Shown: positions 39,010 through 53,702, numbered from the stretch's first letter. The stretch is 64,000 bases of DNA from Lobosporangium transversale (GCF_002105155.1 NW_019028979.1:1674001-1738000), one strand, 5' to 3'. The notes: generated by a model not told the origin, from the letters alone. A program made the numbers and translations.

Positions 39010-40610
39010 CTACAGCTGGGATCCCTTCTTCCGGTAGTTTTGCTCACGAGAGCTATGTGTAACTTTTGCAGTCTGGGAAGTAAAAGGTTGACGATTACCA
39101 CTAAAGGCGTATTCAATCTTGTCACACCCTTCAAATTCGGGTATACTGGTAGAGTAACAATCTTCGATTTCAATCTTCCCATCAACTATTTCACACACTT
39201 CACTCCTCTTTCGCCGTCGTATGTAAAAGAGCATGCCACCGATGAGGGCTATTAGTGCCGAGGCTCCTGCTACACTCCCAATGACCACTTCAATGCTCAT
39301 AGTCGAAGGCTCACTTGTCGGACCAGGTAGTGTTGTATATGAAGGTCCCTGAGACCCTGTGGACGATATGATGGTAGGTTCAAGCGATTGTAGATAGCTT
39401 GGAGCCTTGTAAGTTGTGACCCATGCGAATTGGGTTAAATCAAATACTAAGACTGATCCGAAGGGAGCTTCGGCTCTATTTCTCTCTCCACCCCAGACCA
39501 CAAATTGATCCCCAACAAGAGTACAAGCAGCATATCCTCGTGGCTCATTTGCATTAGGTCCTTTTTTCCATTCTTTTGAATTGACATCCAATACAAATAT
39601 TTCTGAAGAATAAGTGGCACTGGAAATGTCAGCGTTAAGGGTGTGGCCTCCAAAGACAACAATCTTGGATGCGTCATCATCTAATGATGAGAAATAGGAT
39701 ATCCATTAGCCAACGCTATTGATATTTATACGTTATATTAAAAATCAAAATCAAAATAGAAGCTGAGTAGCTTACTGATGGCCATGCAGTTTGCTCTTCT
39801 TTCGGTAGGAGTTTGTCCTTTTACAAACTAGAATATGAATAGATTTTATGTTTTAGTCATATACTTTGTCGACTCGATTTTTTAGGAAAAAAGAAAAACA
39901 CTCACATAATAGGACCAGGAATTCCTATCGATAAGATACTCTGTAATGTGCGCTGCTATTACAACGCCCTGTGTTTTTGATCTGTAGCCAAACATGATAG
40001 AATTCCTAGCACTGTTGTAAACTGCACCGTCATAATTCCGCTCGGCTAATGTGCCATTGCTGACCTGGCTGAGTTTCCATGTTTGTGTAGATCGATCAAA
40101 GACGCATATGCTCTCACCATAGAGATTACTTGAAGCACTATAGATCAATCCAGTCCTTGGGTCGATGACTGGAATATAAATGGCGCACTCCAAGGGCTCA
40201 GTTGTCTTCATAACACTCCATTTCGCATTTGGGTCTGTGAGGTCGATTCGGTAATCCTCGACGCCATCAATAGGGAACATATAAAGCATTTGGTTATCAC
40301 CCACACCATAATACGTCTTTTCGTTAACAAAACGTCCGAAATCATGGGCCGTCCAAACTGCTGTGTCAACAGACCAAGACTTTGAGAGTTCCAAAGCGAA
40401 ATATGAGCCACTATTGGAATTCTGCGGGCCACCCGGTACAAACAACCTCGAGCCAACTCGGACAAAGGGCATTTGTGTATTCGCAACAGGGATGACCTGG
40501 CCTTGTGCGAATAAGAGCGGGGTATTATTGAAGGATACAAATAAGGAGCATAGTAGAGGTATCAAAAGTGTCGGGTTAACAGTGAAAGGGAATGAATTGT
40601 CATAAGCCAT
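39010..40610 (-). CDS. Kelch-repeat type I transmembrane protein (paralog B)
   Basis: Exons 40610-39906, 39827-39776 (52 bp), 39680-39010. Same architecture as paralog A; TM VVIGSVAGASALIALIGGMLFYI followed by RRRKR. Confidence 0.88.
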
Positions 40611-42008
40611 GATAAACAGAAAAAAAAAAGAAAAAAAAAGACTGGCAGCAGGATTGTGTGGACGCCGCTCTGAAAGAGACTGATGGCGAAGCCTTTCAAT
40701 CCGAGGAATGGACAGTAGGAAAAAAATAAGTAATCAAGATGATCATGCCATGACATGAGAACGGCGATGTGCTCTTTGCTCATTGGGCATTTTTGACTAC
40801 AGTTGCTTAGACCACAAGTACTCAACTGATATCAGAGCCATGTGTGCATGTGTCACGGTAATTGAATTGTGATATTGAAAACAGTATGTGCATTTGTACT
40901 TTTAGTGACAACCAAGGAAAGTGCCTGGAAATGTGTCTAATGTTCATTCTATCGCATAGTATTCACTCATTCTAGTATTACAGAACAAGGTAACCTCGAT
41001 AATCTGGTGCATCTCGTATGCATTAATTCTAAGGGCTCGTTTCTTTTCTTTCCTTTTTTAATTGACAATTTTCTTCCAGCTGTGGCTGTGAATCAGACCC
41101 TGTAATCTGATGAATATTCGCCCTTGCTACGCCCTGATGTTCACAGCACGCATTAACTTTGATTCATGCCGAAAGGGTCTTTTAGATCTCTGACGACAAA
41201 CTCTAATTTGAGGCGAATGCACCTGTCGAGCCACAAAGCTGTCAGTATTTAGTTAATGAATACTCATCGATATCAGTGAATATAATAAAAGATGATTGGG
41301 CGGTGGTGCCCACTGCGATCATTTATATTCCTGATAAGGATTCCATTCAGGTATTTAATAGTTCTTTCAGTTAGTTCACGTCGTCCCAACAGTATCTGTT
41401 GCTGTGTCATGTTCTCTTCAGCCTTCTATTCAATATTATTCTCAATAGAGATTCTTGAATGTCCAAACTCAATGTCATTGTCCCATTCAGCGCTGTCCAA
41501 GGCCTTTATCTTTATGTCACATGTATGTCGATCCAAACGTCTTCTAGATGGGTATCGAACGAGTGTCTTCAATCCTTTGACAAAAAGCGGCTTGTCCATG
41601 TACTGCTCTGTTCTTTGGATCAATTAGCCGCCCTCTAATGTATGCTGTCGACTCCTGAGCATGATGGGTCTAAAGTAAGCAGGTAGATGGATCATTCGCA
41701 AGTGGAGCCGTTAAATGAATCTGAAACAATAGTTGCTAATATCCTCTTTTCAAAGACTACCAATGCCGCGTGTAAAAAAAAAGCTTCCAAACTGTAGACT
41801 CGAACTGAGGGCTCAAATTCAATAAAAATCATTTTGTAGATACCATTACGTTCGATAGATCTTCTTGGGATGAGGATATTATAAACTAATTGAGCTATCT
41901 GTATCAGTACATAACATTAATGCTATTGTTTAATTGTACCTATGTGGCTATTACCGCAACTCTTTCATTCTCAAGAAGGTCGAAGTTTATGGGGTATAAT
42001 GTACAGCA

Positions 42009-43701
42009 TCAGGGCAATCCTTGAGGATCTCCTCCTAAACGGATTGGTGCTTGAGGGTTGCGAGCCCTTGTCGAGGGCATCACTTGAGGGTTACCGGGTT
42101 GGTTCTGATTTTGATGGCAGATAACCTCAGCCTTGATATGATGCTCAAGTTGATCCCTCAGGTTTGCATTTGGCTTGTGGGCTGTCAATTGGTTTGTTAG
42201 GAGCGACCCACTGGCACTATCACCTGAATTAAAATCATCCTGCTCGATTATCATTTGGTTAAGCTCATATCCTTCTCTCTTCCTCTGCCGCCGCTTATAC
42301 ACTAGCGCACCTGCTGTAATACCAATCACAGTTAGCACCCCCACAACCCCTCCCGTAATGGCTCCCACGTCGGTGGCCGAAGGTTTGTGTGCTGGAATAG
42401 GAGACGATTGAGTAATGGAGGGCATCTGTGTTTTAGATGAACTGGAAGATGGTTTAGAGGATTGATAGTAGCTTGGAGCTTTGTAGTTGTCAACCCATCT
42501 AAACCAAGTCAAGTCGAACACAATGGGTGGTCCCGATGCAATTATACTTTCGTCATGCCCGCCCCATGCCACAAATTGGTCCCCAACAACAATGCATGCT
42601 GCATAACCGCGTCTGACAGGCGAGCTGGCTCCTTTTCTCCAGGCTCTTGAGGCAATGTCCAATACGTACAAATCCCCAGAAAAAGTGCTATCACTAGGCA
42701 GGCTTGAGGTGGGGTTTAATGGAACACGGCCTCCAAAAACAACAATCTTGGTACCACTCTCATCTATTGATAAACAAGCTGGAAATGAGTAGAAGGCACG
42801 TAGGGAAGCCGCCAGTAGACGTAATATGAAGGTGACTCCTTTTCGACCTATGAAATAAAGGACGCAGCTTACCGATAGCCATACAATGATCAGACCTTGG
42901 GCTCGGAATATCACCATGTGTAGTCTAGAATAATGTTTTGAGGAAACTGTTATTCAGCAATGGATTTATGAATGTGGGTAGAACTCAGTGAAAGGTGTGG
43001 AGACATGGAAAAGTGATCATACATTAGACACCTACATAATTTGACCAACGACCAATATCAATAGAGTACTCTGTGATATAAGTGCTTGAGTCCCAAAAAT
43101 TATTGTATCCTCCATGATACATAATAGACTTTCTAGCATTATTATAAACACCTCCACCATAATACCGTTGTATCAGCATAAATGGAGGGATCGTAGTGTG
43201 TTGCCACGTAAGCGTGGCTTGATTGAGCACACATAGATATTGCGTCCCAGCAATGTAAACAAGCCCAGTTCTTGGATCGAGAACAGGACGAATTCCTTGC
43301 TGGAGAGTTTCAGGAGGAGCTGTCGACGTGACATTCCAGCCAACATTGGGGCTTTCAACATTGATCTGATAGACATATAAATTATTGCCATTCACAAGAT
43401 ACTCGTAAAACGTCTGATTGTTGGGTGATCCTGTTGCAGTCGCAAGACGGAAGCCTGGCCCATCAGTATGAGCCTGCCATGGTACATTGCTGACAGGCCA
43501 GGATGTGGAGAGGTCTAAAGAGAAGAACTGGGACGTAGGTTCCTTTTGCGATTGAGTGAGCATATATTCACCACCTTGGATATAGAGTCTTGAGCCGAGA
43601 CGTGCAAAGGCCATTTCTGCCGCATCCTTTGGAGCGACTTGACCCTGCACGAATAAACCATCGTTGAGAAATGAGAATAAAAATAAAGAGAGAATCCACA
43701 T
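42009..43701 (-). CDS. Kelch-repeat type I transmembrane protein (paralog C)
   Basis: Exons 43701-43036, 42924-42873 (52 bp), 42763-42009. Signal peptide MWILSLFLFSF; LYIQGG; QFFSLDLSTSW; TM VGAITGGVVGVLTVIGITAGALVY followed by KRR; tail with NPQ/DPQ repeats. Confidence 0.88.
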
Positions 43702-43921
43702 GTGAAACGAAGTGAAGTGTGAGTGCTGTGACTGCAATTGGACTGCGCCGTCCCGCTGACTTCAGAAAGGTTGGAATGGAGTGCGATGTGCCTGGAAAAG
43801 ACGGAAAGAGGAAAATAATTAAGATGATCCAAGATTCCATGTTCATCATTTTATTACCTGATCAGTTGTGGCTGTATAATCCACATGCGTTGAGCCATGA
43901 TGACAAAAAAAAGAATTTCAC

Positions 43922-44050
43922 TTTTCTTTTCTTTCATTCTTTCTTTTTTTTTTTTATTTTTTTTTTTTATTTTTTTTTTTATTTTTTTTTTTTATTTTTT
44001 TTTTTATTTTTATTTTTATTTTTTTTTTTATTTTTTTTTTTTATTTTTTA
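43922..44050. repeat. ~130-bp T-rich low-complexity tract made of (T)nA units
   Basis: Almost pure T with periodic A, upstream of kelch paralog C. Confidence 0.85.
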
Positions 44051-46578
44051 TGCTTGTCTCCATTGTGGTACTGCAGTATCTTCACTCATCTGTCATTAAA
44101 GCGTTAAAATCGACTTTATAACCTGCTACTTTTTCTGTTGGGCAACGGGAAATTCCTCAACCGCAGGGCGGAGGTGTTGTTTAAGTTCCGTCTCCTTGAC
44201 TGTGCCCCTGCAGGCTCAAGTTTCTCCGAATAATAAAACAGTCGCTTACGTCCGCATAGGCGCAAATGCCTACAGAGATCATGATATAGATATATATATA
44301 TATATATATATGAACATGCATATGGCAAAGCTCACTCTTTTAGCATGACACAGAGCAAAGCAGGAAAGATGAAAAAAAGAGGCGAATATAAAGGACTAGC
44401 ATTTATGTTATGAAGATGATGAAAAAAGGCTATTTCCAGCTTTTGAAAGTATGCGAGATCTTTTTTTCTTCTCATTCAGCGGAAGTGACCGGCATGCTGT
44501 ATCCGTGTGGTTTTCAAATAGATAATATCAATGAATCTAGCAGCCATTTGAAAGGGTCTGCCATATACCAAATGAGCCCACTGGCATACAAGGCAATCAA
44601 ACGAAGTTTAGGGGGCCTTAGGATAAATAAATGCCTAGGCAACAAGAAAGGACGCGTGAAGAAACCTAGAGTTTGTTGGGAAACTACAAAGTTTAATGGA
44701 ACTTAAAATACCTAAGGATACATCCATCAATTTGAAAAATGCTCATTTGGTCGAAGCTTCAGTCTGTAAGTGCAATGACCGCCATTGAAGCAGGATGAGG
44801 ATGGAGGCATCTTCTACAGTGTCCATGATATGGTTATCAACCATCAAGCGACTCCATCATAATCTACGACAACTGTTCGATGCTTATTGGTTTTCCAAAT
44901 CTACCTTAATTTAACCATATTTAGCGGAATTGGATAGCATCCCCTGAATAGCTGCCATCCAGAGGGACTACTTAAAATGGACTGGATTAACTGTATTATT
45001 CAAAACAATAAAACTTGACTGAAAGTCTGTTAATCCTCAAACCATGAGGCGAATAATGTTGCTGAACGCTTCAATAGGATTGTGGCGTGCTTTGGGGCAC
45101 AGGAAAGGCAGCATTGCCTCTTTTGAGCAACGAAGGATATAGGATTTGTTCCTTGAAGGCGAGCTTTTTGAAGCTACGTCTGTTGCTTGTAAAAACATAA
45201 ATGATTCCCGTTTTCCGCATACTTTCAACGCTCCCACAACGAACAGTCGTCTATATGGAGTCCATCTGTCGATCTGTAAGGTTTTAGAGTTAGTCCAGAA
45301 ATCCATGGGCAAAAGATTAGGTAGAAGGCTACAGGAGACGAAAATAAACAGAACTTACAGATTTTTTGTGGGTGTGCCGGCACCCAATGCTTGTGTCTAA
45401 CGTCATGTGCGCCTTGCCTTTGAACACGTCGTGTCGGGGAATCCTTGAGAAAGCTCCAATCCTTGGCTGGGGTCTTCTTAATCTACGTCAGACTGCCGCT
45501 GTCTCTTCGTCTGGGTTGTGTTATAACCGAGTAGATTCAGAGCAAAGCTGGTGGTAGAAATCGTTCCTTTGAGTTTGAACCAAGTTATATCTTTGTTTTG
45601 TGACTGCAGGGAGCATGTACCATGCGATGTCCTCCTTTTGTTCCCTGTAGACATTCCAATATTGCGGTCTCGGAAGGGCTGTCAAGAGGTAGAATGCACT
45701 CTAGTAGCTGCTTGATATCTTCGTTCGCCTAGAGAATGTCAATTAGGGTCTGTTCAGACAGGTACACATACCCAGAAAAGTGAGTATTTTTTCACTTTTT
45801 TGTCCTCCTACAAGGAAAACTCAGCGCAACTCATATCTTCGTTAGTTTTCTCGACATCGAACTATATATAGGGAGTTTGAATAGGGAGCATTTGACTGCA
45901 GAGTATGCATGGAAATACTCTACACAAATTTATACCACTGCATTCCTGTAGTGAATACATGGACAGATTTGACTTGGTGTGTAGGAACTGGTTGTGAAAC
46001 AGGTGATTAAATCCTTGTCAAAAGCAACAACAAAAGTAAGAAAGTGTCTTTTCCTCTTTCTTCTTTTTTATCAGAGAATAGGTTCAGACGTCGTTCTTTG
46101 CTTCAACAACTCCAGTACTTTTGCATTAAAGCAGAGACATTCGTTGGCTCTCAGTTCCGGCATTAATGAAGGAAATAGGAGAGGTGTTATTGTTTGTGCT
46201 TATTGCTTGAAGTAAAAGCTACTTAATCACTCTCTTCTTGCTGCTCAGTGACTTGTTGATGATCTTGCACAGCACTTTGTGTATGGATGGAGAGCAGGAG
46301 CGAGAGAGAGTGCTGGTTTTGGCGGCCGTTTGGTGTGTGTGTGAATTTGATATCGATATCAATTACCAAAATATATGCATGAAGAAATACAGATTTCAAC
46401 ATGATATGCGAACTTACAATACCAGAAGCGAGATAAATACCGACGCGTTTGAGTTTCTTTCCTAGGGATTTGTTATAACTATGGCGAAGCTGTCTGCAAA
46501 ATGAAGTTTACATTTCTTTTGGAGGCTCCGTTAGATGCTTGTCTTTTGGTTCTTGTTTGATTCGAATTGTCTAGAAAA

Positions 46579-46612
<34 letters not shown>

Positions 46613-46925
46613 GCCGCGATGCAAATTGTGTTTCTACATGTACAGGAATCAAAGAGACGCTTCAGCTGTTGATGCATGTTCGTGAATACCACACAACTAA
46701 CGGTGATTGACGAACAAAAAGGAAACAAAGATTTGTAAAAAAATATTTCTCGCCCCCGTTCAAGACGGCATGTTCAGACAACAAAGAAGCACATCAACTT
46801 TTTGATCAGTATTCTCCTCCTGTTTGCTTACATACATTTTTTTTCACTGTTGGAGTGCCTGTATATCTATTAAGCTTTATTAATTTATAAAAAAAAAGTA
46901 AACCAACAAGGTAGCAAGTAATGGA

Positions 46926-48777
46926 CTAGACATTCTTAGAGATATTGTCCTCTTGTTCTGGCTCTTGAGAATAATTTTCAAACTGATGTGTCATTTTCTG
47001 TTTTTCTGCATTATAAAATGCTGTAGCTTCTGATCGACCCTTTTCCACTATCATTTATATAAAAAAGAGACGATTAAGAAATGAAAAATAGATATCAAGT
47101 CTGTCGAGAGCGAGTCATTGTTCCATCTGTTTCAATTTACCATTAATGAAGAGCAGCATGAAGGCAGGTATAAAGAATTGAGATCCTAGGAACCACCATG
47201 TATGGCGAACGCTTGATCGTTCGATGATGGCGGTACAAACCAAAGGTGCAATCCAGGAGGAGCTAACTGAGGACATCTCATAGAGTGCAAAAAGTTCGTT
47301 TTCATGTCCCAATGGAATAAACTGCGCATAAACCACACGGTTTGAGGAGTAAATGGCTCCTTGGAAAACACCAAAGAATACAGCAAGCATATACAGCTCC
47401 CACCCTTGCTTCAAGCCGATGGGGCAACCCTCAATTAACCCCAAGAGACAATATACTGGGATGAGGCCAAAGAGACAGGAGTTGATGATGACAGTTTTGA
47501 GTGGAGACAGTCCACGTGAGTTTTGTATCCAAATCCAGAAGACGATACCAAGTCCTGCGGAAATGAACTGTATTAGCGCCGCAATAATTAAAGACGAGCT
47601 ATCAAGTTGCAACTGGCCCTGAGCAATAAGGACAACCATATTGGAAGTAGCAAAAAGGCCATCGCCAAGGATCAACCAAATACATAAAAAGGAAAAGAGT
47701 GTCTTGAGTTTCCGAGCCTTTCGGACTGTCTTGACAACGCGTTTATAGCCAAATGTGAGCACATTCGAACCGGGAGGTAGAGGAGGGAACTTGCGTTGAA
47801 CAGAAAACTTGGTATAGAGGCACACAAAGAAAAAAATGTAAACACCAGCCAAAACCAGACAATAACCCACAGTTAAAAGGGAAGAGTTTGTAAACAGAAG
47901 GATAATTGCTATAATGATGGTAAGGAGCAACCCGCCTAAATAGCCAGCGCCAGAAGCGCCGCCTGAAAGAAAAGTCTGGACTTTGACTTTCGCATCAATA
48001 TATTCCTCAGAGTCTTCGCCCGACCGAAGTCTGGCTCGCACAACATCGGGATGGTATTTGGTCAGATTTGGGATCAATGCATCATAAAAATTAAGGGTGA
48101 CATTGTTCAAGATTCCGGCTTTCCAACATTTCGCAATAAAAAATAAAAAATAAAAAAGTGAATTAGTCGAGGGAATATAGTTGTGGGTGAAGGCAGCATT
48201 AGATGCCGCCTAGTGCATTAGGCTTACCAATCACAAAGGTCAAACCGCAGAACCACCAAATTTCAGGTTTCATTGGACTAATAAAGAATAAACATGCCAT
48301 GGCTGATAATGTGGTGCAAAAGGAAACCAATATTTTTTTGGAGATTGAACCATGATCAGCCAAGGCCGAGACACCCAAGGTGACGAATATGGTGCATATT
48401 ACCATCACTACATTCAACATCAAGACATATGACGTGGGTGTCACTCTAATCCAACCGAACGGTACTAGGCATCGGTCACCCACCGGGATATCTGAATCTG
48501 AATCTGGACAGAGAATTGATGGATCCGATTCGAGTCTAGAAGCAGCCCGTGCAACCCCTTGGATTAGAATTGGGAGTAGAAGTGAGGCACAGACATTCGC
48601 CCAAGAGTAATAACCAAAACCGAACAAGAAGAATCCCCAGAGCTCTGATTTCTTGACGAGCTTCTCCTGAATATGTGGTTGAAGGTCGATTTCATTTGCG
48701 GGGTCGTTATAGAAAAGTCGATTGCGAAGTCCTTGCAATTTCGATAGCGGAGGCGACTTTGAAGTGTCGACGGCCAT
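46926..48777 (-). CDS. ATG22: Atg22-family MFS vacuolar amino-acid efflux transporter
   Basis: Exons 48777-48228, 48118-47141, 47047-46926. Motifs: ELWGFFLF, luminal Cys loop (C.VPFGW), SALADHG, NFYDALIPNL, FLCIWLILGDG, RVVYAQFIPLGHENELFALYE, SSSWIAP; many TM helices. Family assignment only; orthology is not established. Confidence 0.85.
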
Positions 48778-49674
48778 CTTCCTTGTGTAATAGCGAGAGG
48801 CTTAGTGACTTCACAACAGAAAAGAAAGAAAGAAAGAAAGAAGGAAAAAAAAAAAAAAAAAAAAGAGAGAAAGAAACAGAGTATTAATGACCACTTGACT
48901 TGGAGGTTGGAGACAAATTTTGTTTTGAATAGAAGGGAGAGAGGTGTCGTGTCCACTCATCTCTATGGTAAGCAAGAGCAATAAACAAACAAACAGAACA
49001 AATGGGTACAAAAGAAAGCTTAGTCTGATAGAACTCGCCCTCTTGTTTCCATTAGAATTGTACAGATTTCATCCGAAAACCATTCACGGTCTTATCTAAA
49101 AGTATGAAATCCTTTACCAGAGCTCCACAAAGCTGACGATGCTTTAGAATAGAAGCAGCATGTCCGTCAAGCATCGAGTGTCAAGCGCCAGTTGTTTGGG
49201 GGTGTGCAGCATGACCTCTCTCCACATTTTAAAGTTTGTCCTCCTTTCTTTGCGCTTGGGTCGCTCCATTTTAAATATCCTAACGCTTTTTTCTGCTGGT
49301 GTAAATAGTCAATCTTTCAGACCTGACAAAGAGTTGAACCGTAGCAAGTGAACCAGTCTACGATTTCTCATCTATGCGTCCTACGCATCATCAGTAACAT
49401 TTGATATAGTATCAATATAAGAGACGCAAATGCATTGTTGATGCTATGCAAAGGACTCATCGGAATGTGTTTTTGAGCCATTTAAAACTAAAACTCTCTA
49501 TCTTTGTGTTTAGAACATGAAGAGCTTGAAAGACGCGTCAGGTCAGCTAGAAAACACGTGGCATGTGCCCACCCTTTATTTTTAGTTTTTGCCCAAGACA
49601 TTTTTCTTACTTTCATACTCTTCATCGTCATTCTTGCATTGCTGACATCACATCTTAACAAAGCATAATATGTC

Positions 49675-52600
49675 ATGTCTTCATCTACTTTCATGGACAC
49701 AAAGGATGTAACATCTATGACATACGACCAAAGCCTCAAAGAATTCTCGGCTCATTTGCCAACTGAAATCATCTTGCTAATTCTTATCCATCTCGATCAC
49801 CGTACTTTTCTCTCCGCCACGCTAACCTGTCGACGGTGGTATTTGCTAGCAAAACGATATCAGCAATATCTCTGGCGACACTTAGCATTACGAGACTACT
49901 CCTTTACGGCTGCGCGTGGTCTATGGAAACTCGGCTTCTTAAAAGATCGCGAGCTTCGCCTGTGCTTTCCTCGGTCTGCGACTGTAGCTGGCAACAAAAA
50001 GCAAGCAGTCGTTTGTAAAGGCGGAGATAGTCAATTACTGAATGTTACGGCTTCCGGCAGGAGCTATCAAAAAGTCTCATCAGAAAAAACAACTCAGCAA
50101 TATTCACCCGTCACTTCTGGATCCAGATTAAATGAGAATGTTTTTTCTGTTCTTGACAATCAGACTGTATCCACATCGGATCAGAAAGGCAAACAGCGAG
50201 CAAACGAATCAATAGAGACTAACGATCAAGGACAGGAAAATATCATGAATCCGGACCAAGATAACTCTAAAAATAATGAAGATAATGTTGAAGAACAACG
50301 ACTGGATCATTACGAGGAGAACTGGAAGGCGCTCTACCAATTGACTAGCAACTGGTATCAAGGGCGTGCCAAGGGCTATTGTCCACTCGTGCTGCCTTCA
50401 ATTACCACACTTTCTTCAGCAACACAGGCACTTTCAGGAAATATCTCTCACTCATCTATTAGCTCAGTGCCCGCTGGATCATCCTCTGAATCAACCTCTA
50501 CATACAACGCAATAAAGCTCCAGTACTATCGTAGATTGTCAACCCCAGCGCAACGAGGCATTTATAGAATTTTAAAGAAAAGAAAGCCATCAGCTGTAGT
50601 AGGCTTGCAACATGAAGGATCAGCACTGACAGCACTAAGTTTAGCAAGGTATCCGAAGCGGAGTTTGATACCAAACAGGATTTGTACAGCGGTTACTGTA
50701 TGTGGCTCTGAAATAGCGCTGATTAGGTCCAACCCTCATTACCGTGAGAAGCGCACAACTGCCCATCAACAAAACCCTATATTTCCTGCAACAGATACCA
50801 ATGGACCCCATACAATAGGAGGGCATGTTCATAGTGCTGGATGGCAACGACCCAATATTATGGCTCAAGACCCTCTCGAACATGATCGCGTCGTCTTTGC
50901 GCTTCGTCATGACAGAAATTCTGATGGGATATTAGATACATCATTAACAACAAACCCACTAGAGGTGCAGGCACCACTCAGTCAACAGCAGCATGTAATA
51001 TATCATGAAGCTGTTGCGCCGACAGGATCATCGGATTTACCGCCTGTTACAAACTCGTCAAGTGCTGAGCCCGCAAATGATATCCTTTGCCATTATTCGT
51101 CGCCCCTTCATTCCCTTCTTGTCACAGGACATATGGATGGTAGCGTAAGGCTCTGGGATATGGCAATTCAAGATCCTGAGCAACAATGCATTCGACATTG
51201 GCAAACTGGAGGACGGCGCCGAGTGCTTTGTGTTGGAATGAATTCTAAAGTGGTGGTCTGCGGCAATGCAGTACGTTATCAATCCTTTATATATTTCTTT
51301 ATATCATTATTATTAATTTTTGCTTTCCAAATTTATACACACTCTATATTTATAACCATATTTTGTTTTAAATTATGGTACTACATATAGGACTCTACGC
51401 TCTGCGTTTGGGATATACACCCAGGGCCGGGTTCATCGTCTTCTTCATATGGTACTATACATTCTGCCTCCTATATTGCCTCAACAGCTCCCCCTGGGTT
51501 GGATTATTGGGTTTCTGGTATTGAACATATATGTGTCGGCGATTCTCTGGTGGCATGTTCCACAGAATTTTCTGGATCAGTGCTTGTATTTTCTTTGGCA
51601 ACAGGAAGCCTGGTTTATGAGATCCCAGGACTATATCAACCTTCGAAAATGTGTATGACAGATTTTTTTTTGCTGACAGGCGGCCGTGGAGCATGGAGCC
51701 AAGGAGAAAGAGCGCGAGGTCGTGGCCAGTATCAACAGCAGCAACAAACAACAGCTCAACGATCCCATCTGCGAGACGCCTGGAATGATTTAGACCAGCG
51801 TTCACACCGAGATGTTTCCTCAATAGAAGAAGATGAGCATATGAGTTGTTGCATCAACGTCTGGGATCTAAGGACGGGCGAAAGACTCTATTCACTGATC
51901 CCACGTTTACCGACACAGAACCTGTACCGGGCTGGAAACATTGCATCGATCCTAGAGAACCTACAACTGGAGGACACTGTTAAAAGGTGCAACAGGAAAT
52001 CGAAAGTTTCGAGTTATGGAAGACATATCCAAACTACAACACACGCGTCAGATATGTCAGTTGGTCAGCACAACCGCTTTACACCCACAGATACCTGGGA
52101 TTCTCGTAACCTTGAGGAGTCAACTCATTTAAATGACAGTGGTGACCATGCTGCCTCTAGTTCAAGCAGCCCTGCAGATGACTCGGCGATAGCGGGTCAA
52201 CAGGTTTGTGAATCCCTCAGGGCTAGAACGCGGCCGTCGCAATCATCTGTGTCTCCGTCAACTTCCATATCAGTACCACTAACACTGTTAGACATTGCAG
52301 TCACAGCCGATCATTCGACACTCGTGGCTACGCTCTGTGAACGGTCTGGTGAGGGCAGAGAAGGCGTGTATTGTTGGGATTTTAGCGGAAGCCGTCTGGA
52401 AGGCTATCATGAACAAGGGTCAGAGATACTAACCGCTATCATGGAAGAAGGCTGTGATAGCGATGACACTAGGAAAGAGTATGATAAAGGAAAAGGGATA
52501 TCGGAGTATCCTGACGATGACAGTGCAATCAAAGAAAGTAATGAGGATGACCTTTACAGCTTTAGTGATGATGAAGTGAACAATAACATGATCATGCAAC

Positions 52601-52767
52601 AAGTTGACTCGAGCACGTTGCGTAGCCTACATCAAGCTCGTATCACTGGGAAGATTTGGATCGGCTGGAAGATGGATGAGCGTGAGTTTCAAGAGCGACA
52701 AGCAGCATACCATAAGCAGAAAAGAAAAGAATCTAAAAAAACAAGCGAATGCGCTCCAGAGAGCTAA
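49675..52767 (+). CDS. F-box/WD40-repeat protein
   Basis: Exons 49675-51270 and 51391-52767 (intron GTACGT...ATATAG). F-box LPTEIILLILIHLD...TCRRW...LW; WD40 units LVTGHMDGSVRLWD, DSTLCVWDI, INVWDLRTGE. Confidence 0.9.
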
Positions 52768-52898
52768 ATAAACTTTCTTTCTTTTTTTTTTTTTTCTTTC
52801 TAACAGATTAACATAAACGTTCCGATCTATAATGTTCCTTGCCCGTTAAATGGTTTTACGAGTCAATGGCTATCTGGTTTAGAGGTACGGATTCGGCT

Positions 52899-52931
<33 letters not shown>

Positions 52932-53694
52932 CTCGCAAGTTTGCATACTTTCAGCTACCACATGAGCCATTAATGTTTTAAAAGCGTGTGCGGTCCCCGA
53001 TAGTATTTTATTTTAGTTCTTTAACGCTTCAGGTACTGCGGACAGGAGACAAAGCATTATGTCATAAGTATGTGTCAAGCACACATTCCCTCCCTTCTTA
53101 ACGACAAAATAGGGATTGAAAAGTAGCCAAGTAATGCTCGAGAGTTATAATGGATTGCATTAACGGATCTACTCTTTTGAAGTGACTACACTCAGTGATA
53201 CCATAGTTCGTAGCATCTGTGGGTGCTATAATGAAATATAACAGATTGATTCCAAGGGATTGATTCAGTACATTTAAGCTCAAATTTCAATAACTTCGGT
53301 TATACTAGTTCTCGCATAAAAGCAATATCTTTTTAAAGAGGAAGATAAACAAGCAGTAGGAGTCAGTTATACAGGCGTGTGGTGATGTCGTGTGTAAGGT
53401 TGTGCTGTGCACGTACCATGCCGCACAGAACATGGATTGCAAACTTAATTTTACAACAATAGTGCGGCATAAGAAATCCAGATTGCAATGGGCGTGTCTT
53501 GTGCATTACAAGCTGCCTTCTCTTGTTTGCATTCATGCTCTAGCAGAGGCATTTGGTAGCTTCTCAGATGCGATAATCGAACAAAATCCATGATCTTCAA
53601 AATAAAAGCATTCGTACTCCATTTGACCTCGATTTGGCGGCGTTCGCTCTGTATACGTTTAATGATTTTGTTGCTATTTTGGTGGCAACGGCAG

Positions 53695-53702
53695 TATAAA
53701 AG
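53695..53702 (+). promoter_or_regulatory. Candidate TATA box upstream of the repeat-ribozyme unit
   Basis: TATAAAAG followed by a pyrimidine-rich stretch, as in the gene promoter at 34138, but with no credible protein ORF downstream. Confidence 0.4.

Noticed and set aside
41095..41180. Hammerhead-like arrangement AGACCCT...CTGATGA...GAAAGGGTCT
   Set aside because: Stem III is perfect, but the cleavage-site base would be G, stem I has only 4 nt and stem II does not close.
41300..41650. Minus-strand coding-like fragment between kelch paralogs B and C
   Set aside because: Contains stops and no recognisable motif; would need TBLASTX.
44500..45800. Possible decayed Crinkler- or transposon-like coding relics (e.g. 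HLVEASVCK)
   Set aside because: Only vague resemblance; many stops in all frames.
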